This document shows, in pieces, positions 12,990 through 25,887 of a stretch of DNA of 64,000 nucleotides. The number at the start of each line of letters is the position of its first letter. Position 1 is the stretch's first letter. The position numbers and the translations under genes were made by a program. Source of the stretch: Octopus sinensis (taxonomy: Eukaryota); assembly GCF_006345805.1 (NCBI RefSeq), contig NC_043018.1:22382001-22446000 (forward strand), in the 5' to 3' direction. Under the pieces are notes generated by a model. It made no database searches. It saw nothing but the letters and a program-made list of their open reading frames with translations, and was not told the origin of the DNA.

Positions 12990-13556
12990 TGGATGGGGTA
13001 GGTCGATTGCATCAACCCCAGTGTTCAACTGGTACTTATTCCATCGATCCTGAAAGGATGAAAATCAAAGTCGACCTCACAACGTAAAGACAGATGAAAT
13101 GCTAAGGATGTAAGAAATGTACGGCGGCCAGAGTGCGAAAGATTCTGCCAGCTGACCGCCGTACATCCCCCTTAATAATCCTTTCTACTATAGGCACAAG
13201 GCCTGAAATTTTGGGGGAGGGTATAAGTCGATTACATCGACCCCAGTACTTATTTCAGCGATCCCGAAAGAATGAAAGGCAAAGTCGACTTTGAATTTGA
13301 ACTCAGAACGTAGCGGCAGACGAAATACCTATTTCTTTACTACCCACAAGGGGCTAAACACAGAGAGGACAAACAAGAACAGACAAACTGATTAAGTCGA
13401 TTATATCGACCCCAGTGCGTAACTGGTACTTATTTAATCGACCCCGAAAGGATAAAAGGCAAAGTCGACCTTGGCAAAATTTGAACTCAGAACGTAGCGG
13501 CAGACGAAATACCGATGAGCATTTGACCCGGTGTGCTAACGATTCTGCCAACTCGC
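12990..13556 (-). mobile_element. Composite/multimeric SINE family A block
   Basis: Several family A bodies, including a tail-to-internal junction near 13325. Confidence 0.8.
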
Positions 13557-13644
13557 TGTCTTACACCTGTTTAATAAAGACAAAGACGTTTTACAAAATT
13601 CTTCATTATTTTCAAAATACTTGGCACAAATGCAACAGGTGTGA

Positions 13645-14050
13645 TTGTGTGGTGAGAAGCTTGTTTCCCAAATACATGGTTACGGGTTCAGTCCCACTGC
13701 GTGACACCTTGGGCAAGTGTCTTCTACTAATAGCCTCGGGTCGACTAAAGCCTTGTAAGATGATTTGGTAGATGGAAACTGAAAGAAGCCCGTAGTATAT
13801 ATATATATGTGTGTGTGTGAGTGTATGTAGTTGTGTATCTGTGTATCTGTGTTTGTCCTCCCACCGTCGCATGACAACCGATGTGGATGTAATTACTTCC
13901 CCGTGACTTAGCAGTTCAGCAATAGACCGATAGAATAAGTACTAGGTTTACAAAGAATAAGTCCTGGGGTCGGTGTGTTCGACTAAAGGCTGTGCTCCAG
14001 CAAAGCCGGTCAAATGACCGAAACAAGTAAATGAATGAAAGAGTAAATAC
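13645..14050 (+). mobile_element. SINE family B/C
   Basis: Head, microsatellite and tail in the expected order. Confidence 0.8.
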
Positions 14051-14384
14051 AGTGATCAAAATTTCCTGTTAATTAATTTTCCAAACACGTGATTAAAAAT
14101 TACAAAGTCATTTTACTGAATTCTTAATTATTTTCAAAATCAATTAAAACACACGCAGTGAATTTCAACTGAAATACGGTATCAACGGAGCTAACCCTTT
14201 TGATACCAATCCTTCTTGAGACTGCCGCTGGTTATATGATAAAAAAAACTTGTTGTTTTAAAGTGATCCAAAATTAAAGCCTTCCATCCGAAGTTCATGC
14301 TATGATCCAAATACTAACTGAATAATGATAAAACCTTTTTACTAAATTCTTCATTATTTTTTTCCTCAAATCTTAACATAGTCG

Positions 14385-14561
14385 CAGGAGTAGCTGTGTG
14401 GTAAGTAAGCTTGCTGCCCAACCAAGTGGTTCCGGGCTCAGTCCCACTGCGTGGCACCTTGAGCAAGTGTCTTCTACTATAGCCACGGGCCGACCAAATC
14501 TTTGTGAGAGGATTTGATAGACGGAACGGAAAGAAACCGTCGGTATATATATATATTATAT

Positions 14562-14599
<38 letters not shown>

Positions 14600-14602
14600 A
14601 TG

Positions 14603-14633
<31 letters not shown>

Positions 14634-14657
14634 TATATGTATATATATATCTATATG

Positions 14658-14690
<33 letters not shown>

Positions 14691-14707
14691 TATATTATAT
14701 ATATATG

Positions 14708-14776
<69 letters not shown>

Positions 14777-14801
14777 TGTATGATGTATGTATGTATGTAT
14801 G

Positions 14802-14834
<33 letters not shown>

Positions 14835-15121
14835 TTCTTCAGAATGAGATAAAACATCCAAGGCTGTGAGAGATTTTAGAACATTTATAAATAGAAGGTT
14901 TATTTATAAATCTTCTAAAATCTTTAACAGCCTTGGATTTTTATCTCATTCTGAATTTTTTTTTATATATACACATGCTGATATATGACCTACGTTGGAC
15001 TCCTCATTCGCATAATCACCGAACCTGGAGCTTAACTACAGTCTATCCATAGCACTTACTCAGCATTACCTGACACCTTTGGGTTTTATTGACACCATTA
15101 CCTCTCATAACCTATATATAC

Positions 15122-15156
<35 letters not shown>

Positions 15157-15400
15157 TGTATGTATGTATGTGTCTCTGTTTGCCCCCCCTCCAACATCGC
15201 TTGACAACCAAAGCTGGTGCGTTTACGTCCCTGTAACTTAGCGGTTCGGCAAAAGAGACCGATAGAATAAGTACTAGGCTTACAAAGAATACGGCCTGAG
15301 GCAGGGGGCGGTCGATTTGCTCGACTAAAGGCGGTGTTCCAGCATGGCCGCAGTCAAATGACTGAAACAAGTAAAAGAATAGAAAAATAAAAGAATAAAA
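14385..15400 (+). mobile_element. SINE B head (14385-14545) and C tail (15170-15400) separated by expanded microsatellites and inserted DNA
   Basis: Family motifs at both ends in the same orientation. Confidence 0.6.
14838..14955. repeat. Imperfect ~118-nt inverted repeat (MITE-like or hairpin)
   Basis: ttcagaatgagataaaacatccaaggctgt...tatttataaat...acagccttggatttttatctcattctgaa; arms ~55 bp, loop ~7 nt. Confidence 0.8.
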
Positions 15401-15702
15401 AAATAAAGGTGATTCATTGGACAAAACGTTTCGAATGCTCATTAAATAAGGTGCTCTTTTAAAGGTTTTAGTGTATGACTGAAAGGGGATGTAACTACTA
15501 TTTGACGCAAGTCGAGCAACCATACAAAGAATCCAATCCTACATTGAAATAAAGTTTTTCACTGACTTCACATTATCCTGTTCACAAACTAAATTCTGAT
15601 TCACTGAATTAAATCGGCGAGGGGGAAAAAATATGATAATTTATATAATTCGCTTATTATTGTATAGTGTAAATATACCGAAATACGTTTGTTATATTTT
15701 AC

Positions 15703-15734
<32 letters not shown>

Positions 15735-16528
15735 TATTTTCTCTACATTTCAGGGGAAAATAATTTCAAGAAATTCTCTTGATCAAATTGAAAATAGAAT
15801 TTTCAAAAGAAAAGGTCAACCAACCAACAAAGAACCAATCGAATTATCACGTAATAAATCTATCATTAAATTAATTATGGAAAATGTTAAATCACTTATA
15901 TAAAACGAACGAAAAAAAATTACGTTTCGCGTTTCGCAACCGTTTTTTTTTTACTTTTTAATTTGTAAACTATAACTTCAATGAAATATTTTAATTGAAA
16001 CATTTTTAAACTCTGCTTATTCATTATTATTATTATTATTTTTTTTTTATTTTTGTTCATTCGTTTTCATTCAGCGATGCAATTTATATATTTTCATAAT
16101 TTTGTTTGATTATTGTTTGTTTTTTTTTTTCTCTTTAAAACAAATGAAATGTAATGCTAAAAGTACAAAATTGGAATTACATTTTTTTAATAATCCAATT
16201 TAGAATTGATACTGACCGATATTTTGGTGGGAAGGGAGTCAGAAACCGTCTGTAGACTGTGACACTGGAACTAGCAAAAGTAGTGCTATAATTATATGAA
16301 TATCCGGCAAAATGCTTCCCGGCGTTTCTTCTGGGTTTACATTCTGTGTTCAAAATCTAGCGAGATCAACGCGTCACCTTTCACCTTTTTAAGGTCCATA
16401 AAATACAAATCAGTTGAACAATGGAGTCCATATAATCGATCAGGCCCTCCCACAGAATTTCAGGCCTTGTGTCTACAGTAGAAAGAAATTATTTAAAGGC
16501 AGTGAACTGGTAGTTATTATCATCAGCG

Positions 16529-16819
16529 CGAAAACACCTAAAGCTCCACGAGGCTCCGGCAGGGGATGGTGGTGATCCCTGCTGTACTCTTTCACCACAA
16601 CTTTCTCTCACTCTTACTTCCTGTTTCTGTTGTACCTGTATTTCAAAGGGCCGGCCTTGTCACTCTCTGTGTCACGCTGAATATCCCCGAGAACTACGTT
16701 AAGGGTACACGAGTCTGTAGAGTGCTCAGCCACTTACACGTTAATTTCACGAGCAGGCTGTTCCGTTGATTCGGATCAACCAGAACCCTCGTCGTCGTAA
16801 CCGACGGAGTGCTTCCACT
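16529..16819 (+). mobile_element. 5'-truncated SINE family E nested in a SINE A head, with 12-bp TSD
   Basis: Near-identical to the reverse complement of 47333-47620; ttatcatcagcg on both sides. Confidence 0.85.
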
Positions 16820-17524
16820 TTATCATCAGCGTTTCGGACAAAATGCCTATTGGCATTTCTTCCGACTGTTTGAGTTTGAGTTCAAATACCGTCTAAAGTC
16901 GATGAAATAATTTGTCGTATGGCTTTCTTGACTCAATCCAAAGGTTTTACCTCCTTTCATAGGAGCAGCAGTACAGCCCTATATATAAAGCAGCACAAGA
17001 GTCTCCCATCACCACTTCGGCAGAAACATGTCCAGAGTTTCTTCCCTCTTTTGCTGAAAGAATTAAAAACCATTTTAGTCATTGAATTAACATTTTTTTG
17101 TCACCGAATAAATACTTCTACTTATATTTTTTAATGTTCATTACAATATTAACCTTAAGCCATGTAAAAATAGCGTTATTTGAGGTCACAGCAAGGATAT
17201 CGTTCACGTATCTTCAAGGAAGGATTTCATTCATCGTTTCTCCGGAATCTTCTCTCTGTTCATGTCATTCTTACGGGTGTGACCTGTAAAAGCTTAAACG
17301 GAACATTAGCACTTTGCCTGTCCTCTGTACCACGTGATACGCGGGACTTATTTCTCTGGCGTCCATACATCATACATGATACATATTCCCAATTTGTCTT
17401 CAACCACCAGAGTTAACCTGGGACTCGTGAAAAGAAAACTTTGTATTACTCAGAAGGTATGAAACAAGGATTAAGTAAAAGTCTGAAAAAAAATATGGAC
17501 ATGTAGGACAAACTTATTAAAATA

Positions 17525-17965
17525 CTGGTACTTATTTCATCGACCCTGAAAGGATGAAAAACAAAGTCTACCTCACAACGTAAAGACGGATGAAATGCTA
17601 AGGATGTAAGAAATGTACGGCGGCCAGCGTGCGAACGATTCTGCCAGCTGACCGCCATACACCCCCCCCCTTAATAATCCTTTCTACTATAGGCACAAGG
17701 CCGGAAATTTTGGGGGAGGGTATAAGTCGATTGTATCGACCCCCAGTGCGTAGTGGTACTTATTTCAACGACCCCAAAAGAATGAAAGGTAAAGTCGACC
17801 TCGGCGGAATTTGAACTCAGAACGTAGCAGCAGACGAAATACTATTTCTTTACTACCCACAAGGAGCTAAACACAGAAGGGACAGACAAACGGATTAAGT
17901 CGATTATATCGACCCCAGTGCGTAACTGGTACTTAATTTATCGACCCCGAAAGGATGAAAGACAA
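17525..17965 (-). mobile_element. Composite SINE family A block, paralogous to 13027-13440
   Basis: Shares the idiosyncratic segment gctaaggatgtaagaaatgtacggcggccag. Confidence 0.8.
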
Positions 17966-18077
17966 AGGCAGGCAAAGAGTTAATATCACAGATAGCCTCT
18001 CAATAAAGACTTGTTTCGTGTAACATAATCCACCAGCGTCTCACTAAAACTGCCTCTTCTAACAGAACTGTTAAACT

Positions 18078-18490
18078 CTTTTACTCTTTTACTTGTTTCA
18101 GTCATTTGACTGCGGCCATGCTGGAGCACCGCCTTTAGTCGAGCAAATCGACCCCGCGACTTATTCTTTGTAAGCCCAGTACTTATTCTACCGGTCTCTT
18201 TTTGCCGAACCGCTAAGTGACGGGAACGTAAACACACCAGCATCGGTTGTCAAGCAATGCTAGAGGCACAAACACAGACACACACACACACACACACACC
18301 ACACACAACACATATATATATATTATATATTACATATATACGACAGGCTTCTTTCAGTTTCCCTCTACCAAATCCATCACAAGGCATTGGCGGCCGGGGC
18401 TATAGCAGAAGACACTGCCCAAGATGCCACGCAGTGGGACTGAACCCGGAACCATGTGGTTGGTTAGCAAGCTACTTACCACACAGCGCC
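18078..18490 (-). mobile_element. SINE family B/C
   Basis: Matches 6198-6608. Confidence 0.85.
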
Positions 18491-19022
18491 TATATCCTGT
18501 GTATCATGTATGATTCACATTTCCAATTTAATTCAAACCCCAGAGTAAAATGAGAGACTTATGAAAGGAAAGGTTTATATCATTCAAAACACATGACACA
18601 GGGGTTAAGTAAAAGTCTGAAAGCATGCATGGGTGACGCTTAGGACAAATTTATGAAATGCTTTGGACAGACAAAGGGTCAACGGCATCAAACTTTCCGG
18701 TCTCGGGGAGCCAGTAAAGATTATTGGTTTTGCCGTTCCTTATGGACTCGAGTAAAAACAAATAAAACCATCAGAACTGAGAAACGAATTTATGAAAGAG
18801 AAAAAGATCTGAAAATTAAGTTTGAAGTTTCGCTTTCAAATATATCAGTTTAGTATTTAATATTTATCTAAAACATTCAATCAGACAATTTATTTGACCA
18901 ATAAACGTTCGGTTTATTTTCTCATATAAAACAGAGTCACGCTGATCAAATGGTGACCTCTAGTATTTCTTAAAGGCGAGTATACATCATCTGGTACCGT
19001 TCGGCGTGTTTTGGATGTTTAC

Positions 19023-19117
19023 AATATGGCTGCTTCTCGTAAATTTCATTCACGTTTGATAGAATTGAAGTAGAGAAATATATTTGTCATCTCCTCCATC
19101 TACGTTGTTATGGCAAC
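19023..19117 (+). promoter_or_regulatory. Possible promoter elements: YY1-like AATATGGCTGC and RFX X-box-like GTTGTTATGGCAAC
   Basis: Motifs at 19023-19033 and 19104-19117 (12/14 match to GTTGCCATGGCAAC) in non-repeat DNA; motif evidence only. Confidence 0.3.
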
Positions 19118-19261
19118 AACCTTCTAAATTCTCCACATTTAAGATCTTAAGTATTTCATTCGCTCTGAGAATGTGGTAATTCAACTCTGGAATTTGAACA
19201 AAGGCAGACAGACAAGCAGACAGACAACAACGGAGAGTGTTGGCTCTCTCCTTCTACAAAT

Positions 19262-20555
19262 TTACATTCTACCATTTCTTTCTTTCTTTCTGTCTTTCTT
19301 TCCTTCTTCCTTCCTTTCTTTCTTTCTTACTTTCTTTCTTTCCTTCATCCCTTCTTTCTTTCTTACTTTCTTTCCTTCCTCCCTTCTTTCTTTCTGTCTT
19401 TCTTTCCTTCTTCCTTTCTTTCTTTCTTCCTTTCTTTCTTTCTTTCCTTCTTCCTTTCTTTCTTTCTTACTTCTTTTTTCTTACTTTCTTTCTTTCCTTC
19501 CTCCCTTCTTTCTTCTCTTTCTTCCTTCTCCTTCTTCTTTCTGTCTTTATTCCTTCTTCCTTTCTTTCTTTATTTTTCTTTCTTCTCATCCCTTCTTTCT
19601 TTCTTACTTCTTTCCTTCTCCTTCTTTCTTTCTGTCTTCTTTCCTTATTCTTTCTTCTCTTCTTTTTACTTTCTTTCTTTCCTTCATCCTTCTTTCTTTC
19701 TTACTTTCTTCTTCCTCCCTTCTTTCTTTCTTTCTTTCTTCTTTCTTTCTTTCTTTCTTTCTTCTTACTTTCTTTCTTTCCTTCATCCCTTCTTCTTCTT
19801 ACTTTCTTCTTCCTCCTTATTCTTTCTGTCTTTCTTTCTTTCCTGTCTTTCTCTTCTTTCTTTCTTTCTACTTCTTTCCTCCTCCCTTCTTCTTTTTTTC
19901 TTCTGTCTTCTTCCTTCTTTCTTTCTATTTTCTTTCTTTCCGTCATCCATTGTTTCTTTCTTACTTCTTTCCTTCCTCCCTTCTTTTTTCTGTCTTCTTC
20001 TTCTTCCTTTCTTTCTTTCTTTCTTTCTTCCTTTCTTCTTCTTCATCCTCTTTATTTCTTACTTTCTCCTTCATCCCTTCTTTCTTTCTGTCTTTCTTCC
20101 TTCTTCCTTTCTTTCTTTCTTACTTTCTTCTTCCTTCCTCCCTCCCTTCTGTCTTTCTTTCTTTCCTTCTTCCTTTCCTCTTCTTTCTTTCTTACTTTCT
20201 TTCTTTCCTTCGCCCTCCTTCTTTTTCTGTCGTTCTTTCCTTCTTCCTTCTTTCTTCTTACTTTCTTCTTCCTCCCTTCTTTCTTTCTGTATTCTTTCCT
20301 ATTCCTTCTTTCTTTCTTACTTTCTTTATTTTACTTTCTTTCTTTCCTCTCCCTTCTTTCGTTTGTTTTTCTTTCCTTTTCCTTTTATTCTTTCTTCTTT
20401 CTTTCTTATTACTTCTCCTTCCCCCTTCTTTCTTTCTGTCTTTCTTTCTTTCCTTCTTCCTTTCTTTCTTTCTTCCTTTCTTTCTTTCTTCCTTTCTTTC
20501 TTTCTTACTGTCTTTCCTTCCTTCACCCCTTCTTTCTTCCCAGTTCCTCTCTCAC
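19262..20555. repeat. 1.3-kb polypyrimidine/polypurine (TTTC/TTCC/TTC)n tract
   Basis: Visible directly; source of the F/L/S-rich ORF artefacts. Confidence 0.95.
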
Positions 20556-20989
20556 CCTCATATTTTGCAATCAATCAGACGAAACGCGACATATTGAAAT
20601 ATTTTCCCCATTGTCATAAAATAAAATTTTATAATTCCTCTCAGAAAAAATATAGCATTAACGTGGCATAAGCGAAACATTTCATATTTCGATAAAAGTA
20701 TTTCATGCCTTCAATTCCCGATGAAATACAAACAAGGAGCTTTCAAAATACACTTGAAAACGTGATTAATAATATTTCGGCGAAGAGTATTCACAGTTTA
20801 TTGCTGATAAACTGAACAAACTGCAATATGGCAGCCGAACAACAACATGACAGAAGGGAAATACCTCAGGGGAGCCTTCTGCATATTAAATACACAACGG
20901 TAGGAGATCTTGATTTAAATTTATGGAAAATATGGAAAATGGTGTAGATGAGCTTCCGGTTTGTCACACTCTGTAAGCAAGACTACAAG

Positions 20990-21162
20990 CGATAATGGTT
21001 GTGTGGTTAACAATTTCACTTAATAAGCACGTGGTTTCAGGTTCAATCCCACTGTGTGGCACCATAGGTAAGTGTCATGTACTATAGCGCCAGTCCGGTT
21101 AATAATTTGCCAGCGAATTTGATAGATGGAAACTATGCTGAAGCCCGTCGTATATATGTGCG

Positions 21163-21210
<48 letters not shown>

Positions 21211-21337
21211 GTGTGCGTGTGTATATGTTGAGCCGTTAATCCCTACACATATTTTCTTTCTCCATTTGTTTTCCTCTCAATACTATCTATCGAAGTGTGT
21301 TTGTCTGTAAATGTGTTTTATGTGTGTATGTGTGTGT

Positions 21338-21377
<40 letters not shown>

Positions 21378-21585
21378 TGTGTGTTTGTCCTCCCATCATC
21401 GCTTGACAACCGATGCTGGTGTGTTTATATCCCAGTAAACTAGCGGTTCGGCAAAAGTGATCGATAGAATAAGTACTAGGCTGGCAAAGAATAAGTCAAG
21501 GGCTCGATTTGTTCGATTAAAGGCAATGCTCCAGCATGGCTGCAATCAAATGACAGAAACAAGTGAAAGAGTAAAAGAGTATATA
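20990..21585 (+). mobile_element. Diverged SINE family B/C with expanded (GT)n
   Basis: Head ~20990-21150, tail ~21380-21585. Confidence 0.7.
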
Positions 21586-22612
21586 TATTTTTTTTATACA
21601 AAAGTTTTCAATATATGTATATGTGTGTGTGTATGTATATAATATATATATATATATATATATGAAAATTTCGTATAAAATGTGTGTGTATGCTATATAT
21701 ATATATATATATATATATATAGATATATATATATATATTACATACATCACACATACATATATACATACATACATACATACATGCATACATATATACATAC
21801 ATACATACATTCATACATATAAACATGCATACACACATACATACATACATACATACATACAACATACATACATACATACATACATACATACACACACACC
21901 ACACACTAATATTTGAAAGAAGATTATGTTATATTGTTGTCACTTAAATTGAATTAAGAACACCATGGCACATTTGCACATCTCTTGCACCGAACAACAT
22001 TTGCGTGCAACACCGAAATCCGTTCATCTAAAACGAAGAATAGATTTCAAGAAATCCTACGAATCGCTCACAAAATTCTCCTCTCTCTGTATTTCGCTTC
22101 AATGAACCGTGATAAGCATGGAGATGTCAGATACTATTCGGAACGGTTTCTGGGATCACGCAACAAGCGTACCGCTAGGATGTTGGTTAACAATGGAAAA
22201 GAATGAAATATAATTTAATGTATGGAAAATGTTATTGTGTGTTTTTACTGTACTCCTATGTTCTGAATTTACACCAGATCCCTGAATTAGAGAGCGAATT
22301 GGCAAAGTCGTTAGAGTGTCGGACAGAATATTTCATAGACTTTTTTTCTACAGCTCTACACTCGGAGTTCAAATCCCGCCAGAGTCAACTTGGCATTTTA
22401 TCTTTCAAGGTCGATAACGAAGTACCAAGCCAAGGTGGTAGATTAGCGGAACTGTAAAAGCGTCAGATTAGATGCTTTGTGGTATTTCTTCCCCTCGTTG
22501 CGTTCTTCTGAGTTTAAATATCGTGATGGCCTGCTTGGGTGGTTAACTGTAACTATTTCTCGGTTTAACAACTCCAACTGGCACTTTGGGCGCCTTTAGT
22601 GAAACTCATCGT

Positions 22613-22644
22613 ACGTTTCGGATTCAGTCCTTCGTCAGTGCGTA
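22613..22644 (-). ncRNA. Hammerhead motif truncated at the predicted cleavage site
   Basis: CTGACGA-A-GGA ctgaa TCC-GAAACGTA; the 3' strand of stem I is absent. Confidence 0.4.
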
Positions 22645-23668
22645 GAGAAAATAGAAGAAAAAGAGAAAGAAGTCAAAGAGTTTACATCCTCTCAGCTCGA
22701 AAAACAAGCTCGCCGAACAACAACGGCGTCCCCTTTGTCGGTTGGCCTGATAACAATGTCCTTACGTTGACTGAGCTGCCGGGGGGCGTCCAGTTCCGAT
22801 GGGGGAAGGTTCGAAATGCTTGGTTTTCTATAGAAATTGAAGGTACCGAGGTCGAAACGATATTTATTAACGAATATATCTACCGAACGGTGTAATTCTA
22901 GGCTTGGTGTCCTGATGAAGAAACGCTTTTCGAGTGTAGTAAAGTTGTCCTCAGTTGGAGGAACTGGGCTTCTGTTGTAGAAAAATGCCCTGAGTCGGAT
23001 CCGACGGAGGAAACTTTCTGTATCGGCACGTGCGTCGAATTCACTTGGTGTGTTTTTTGAGAGGAATGAAATTAAAACCTCTGCTAATTAAAGCTCGTTC
23101 GGCGTGAGTGAGAGGTAAATCGCTTGGGATGGTAAAGACAGTGGAGGTGTTGGGCGAGGCAGAAGTGGGACGGTGGGGTATGAGCGAGTGAATTTTGCGA
23201 GTCTTTTGTGCAATAAGGAAGTCATACAGTTTGCTATTGAGGCGGCGTGTCTGAAGGAGTATGGCCTGAAATTGTGTGGTCGAGCAAAGAGCGGTGAGAA
23301 GAGAACGGTGGTGAGTGATTTCCCGTGTGACGCGGTCGCACTGGGCGTACAGAGTGCGGTTGGTGGCTCTCATAAGTTGTTTGGAAGTACAAGTAAGAAT
23401 GTTGGTGATGTTCAGGGGATATTGAGTAGAGTTGTGTTGTCTGAAGGAAGGATGGAAATTCAGTTTGAACCCACGTGGTATGACGCTAAGGCGTAGACAG
23501 CGTCCAATAAGGTTCAAATGGCTGCAATAGCGAGTTTTCTTGAAAATGAAATTAGAATATCTAATATGTAGCCAAAGTGAGAAAATCAGTTCGCAGAATT
23601 TAGTGGTTGGGTATAATAATCAGGCAATAATCTAGTAGTTCTACGACGGCAAGACTAGAGACGTGGAG

Positions 23669-23706
23669 TATCCGACGTTTCGGAGTCAGTCCTTCGTCAG
23701 TGGGTA
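23669..23706 (-). ncRNA. Minimal type I hammerhead candidate in the upstream pLTR
   Basis: TACCCA CTGACGA A GGA ctgac TCC GAAA CG TC GGATA; loop-less stem III ACGT; GTC triplet; stem I imperfect. Confidence 0.45.
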
Positions 23707-25887
23707 GAGAAACAAAGAAGAAAAAGAGAAAGAAATCAAAGAGATTACATCCTCTCAGCTTGAAAAACTGGCTGCAACCGATAATGAAAACAGAATAACA
23801 CGGCTGCACAATCTTCTAGAAATGGTAGCCAAATCTTCATCAAACGATCGTTTTTAGATATAAAGAAGGACACATTGCATCATGTAGACTGCAGTACACA
23901 GTTTCCGAAACCAAATAAAATTTTTAAAATCGTGGCGTAAATATCTTTCAACAAGGGTTTACTCAATCACAGCGTTCTTTGGGAGGGGTTAATCACCATC
24001 ATCATTAACAAGGGACGAAATGATAGTGTATTAGGATAATGAGAAACAAGATGTACATGCTGTGACAGTTTTTAAGATCTGATAAGATGCCCACTTTATA
24101 CTTTAAGTATACGTATTCTAATGTTAGCCTGTTAGTTCGTTGTTATTTCTGTCACACAGCGATGAAAAGACGCTGTATCTAAGAAATTATTATCGCTTGT
24201 TGAGTTTATATTTGTCAATTCATAAGAGAGCGGTAATAGGATGTGTGTTAGATAGACTACTGTGAAGATAAAATTTAGTCTTACATTGTAACAAGATCTC
24301 TAAAATAAAGGTTGTATATTTTAGGATAAAATATTTTATCAGATTAAAGTGACAATCACTTTTAGTTCTAGTTAGTGACAAGGTCAATCCCGTTTAAGGT
24401 GAAGTTGATGTAGTTCCATTAATCGGAACATAAATTCAATGTAAGACTTCTTGAGATTACTTTAAGAAATTGACTCAACATCTCCACTTCTTTGTTTGAC
24501 TTGACACTTTACAAATTTGCAGTAAGACAAAATTTTCTTCACCATTGAATTTATCTCTCTACAACGTTGAAAACTAACAATATGGCCGAAACTGTATCAT
24601 ACCTCATCACCTTTGACAGAGCAACAGATACTAAAATATGAATTTTGCTGCAAAATATTTCAACAAATATCGTCAAACAGAAGATGCTTTTCCCTTGAAT
24701 GTGATTTCTAATTTAAAAGATGTCTTTTCCTTCTATTTTTACTTCAGTTCGCCAAAAATTACCGGATGTTGTTACAGGGCTTATTCCAGTTTGCATAATG
24801 TCGAGTTACTTGAGAGATATTTCTGTCTTAAATATGATAATAACTCACCACAAATTTTGCTCGTTGAATTACATGAGCTCGGCCAACACGAGCCAATGCC
24901 AGTTGGTTTCCGGCTGTTTGCAATGATGAATTATACTGCTACATAGCATCCATTTACAACTATATTGGCAGGAATATAAAATGGTATATTTCTGAGTTAT
25001 GAACACAGTGCAGTACTGGGGACATAATTATACAAATTGATCACTAAGCTAACACTAACTACTCAATCATCTGAAGCAATCAAAAATAGTCGTCTTTCAT
25101 CTTCACAAAAGTATACTATTCTATAAGTAATGCCTTCACGTTTTTACCATTAATCTTTCAGTATATTTACGAAGAAAAACATCGTAAAATAGAACTCAAA
25201 TTCCAGGTTGCCGAGTCTTCAAACTGAGCTCAGTTCTCGCTTGTAGCTTGCTTTGCTGATTCTCATAATAGAGGCGAAATAGCAGAGTGATTAACGTATA
25301 AGAAAATCAATATTTCCATGTATTTATTTGTAAGCTGCACATATGCATAAATTACCAGAAAGAGTCGTAAACATTTATATATTTCTTTACAAATAATGTT
25401 ACTACTTCTTCCACCATCATAAAATTTGAATGTATTTAATTCTGTTTTCATAGTTTCACTGATTTATAGATTCTTTACACTATACAGTATAGTGTACTAA
25501 GTTGGATTAACCTCAACACACCAACACAATCGATAAACATACATAACCATAGATGTAATATCGGTAGACTAAATTGTTGATATACGGGGCATAAATTTCG
25601 TAGGATGCAAGTCATACACAAATATGCGTTAGCAAAACAATAAAGGCTAAAAATATGCTATTCAAGTTGATAGACAGCCGAGTGAAAGAAATTAGCATTA
25701 CGATGGATAAATGTACTTCTTGGTCGTTACACACCGATATCGTATAATTTGTTATAAAATGCATTGACTGCTAACTGACTGAATAGATTTGAAGACCAGG
25801 CACCGTGCTCCACTCTACACACAGCAACATAAATAAAAAAAAATCAGAAAAAAGTAGTAACCAAGATGTTCCTACTAAACTTTAACA

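Larger units (their letters stand above)
22613..23800 (-). mobile_element. Internally deleted Penelope-like element with direct pLTR repeats
   Basis: Minus strand reads LTHAERALISRGFNFIP, FLRRIRLRAFF and KDIVIRPTDKGDAVVV (PLE N-terminus to start of RT); ~93-bp direct repeats at 22613-22705 and 23675-23768. Confidence 0.85.

Noticed and set aside
17160-17260. RYVNDILAV resembling an RT YxDD motif (minus strand)
   Set aside because: Isolated, flanked by stops, and other RT motifs are not in the right order
19173-20619. 460-474 aa F/L/S-rich ORFs resembling membrane proteins
   Set aside because: Translations of the polypyrimidine tract
22905-22935. CTGATGAAGAAACG on the plus strand
   Set aside because: Antisense of Penelope coding sequence; lacks stem II
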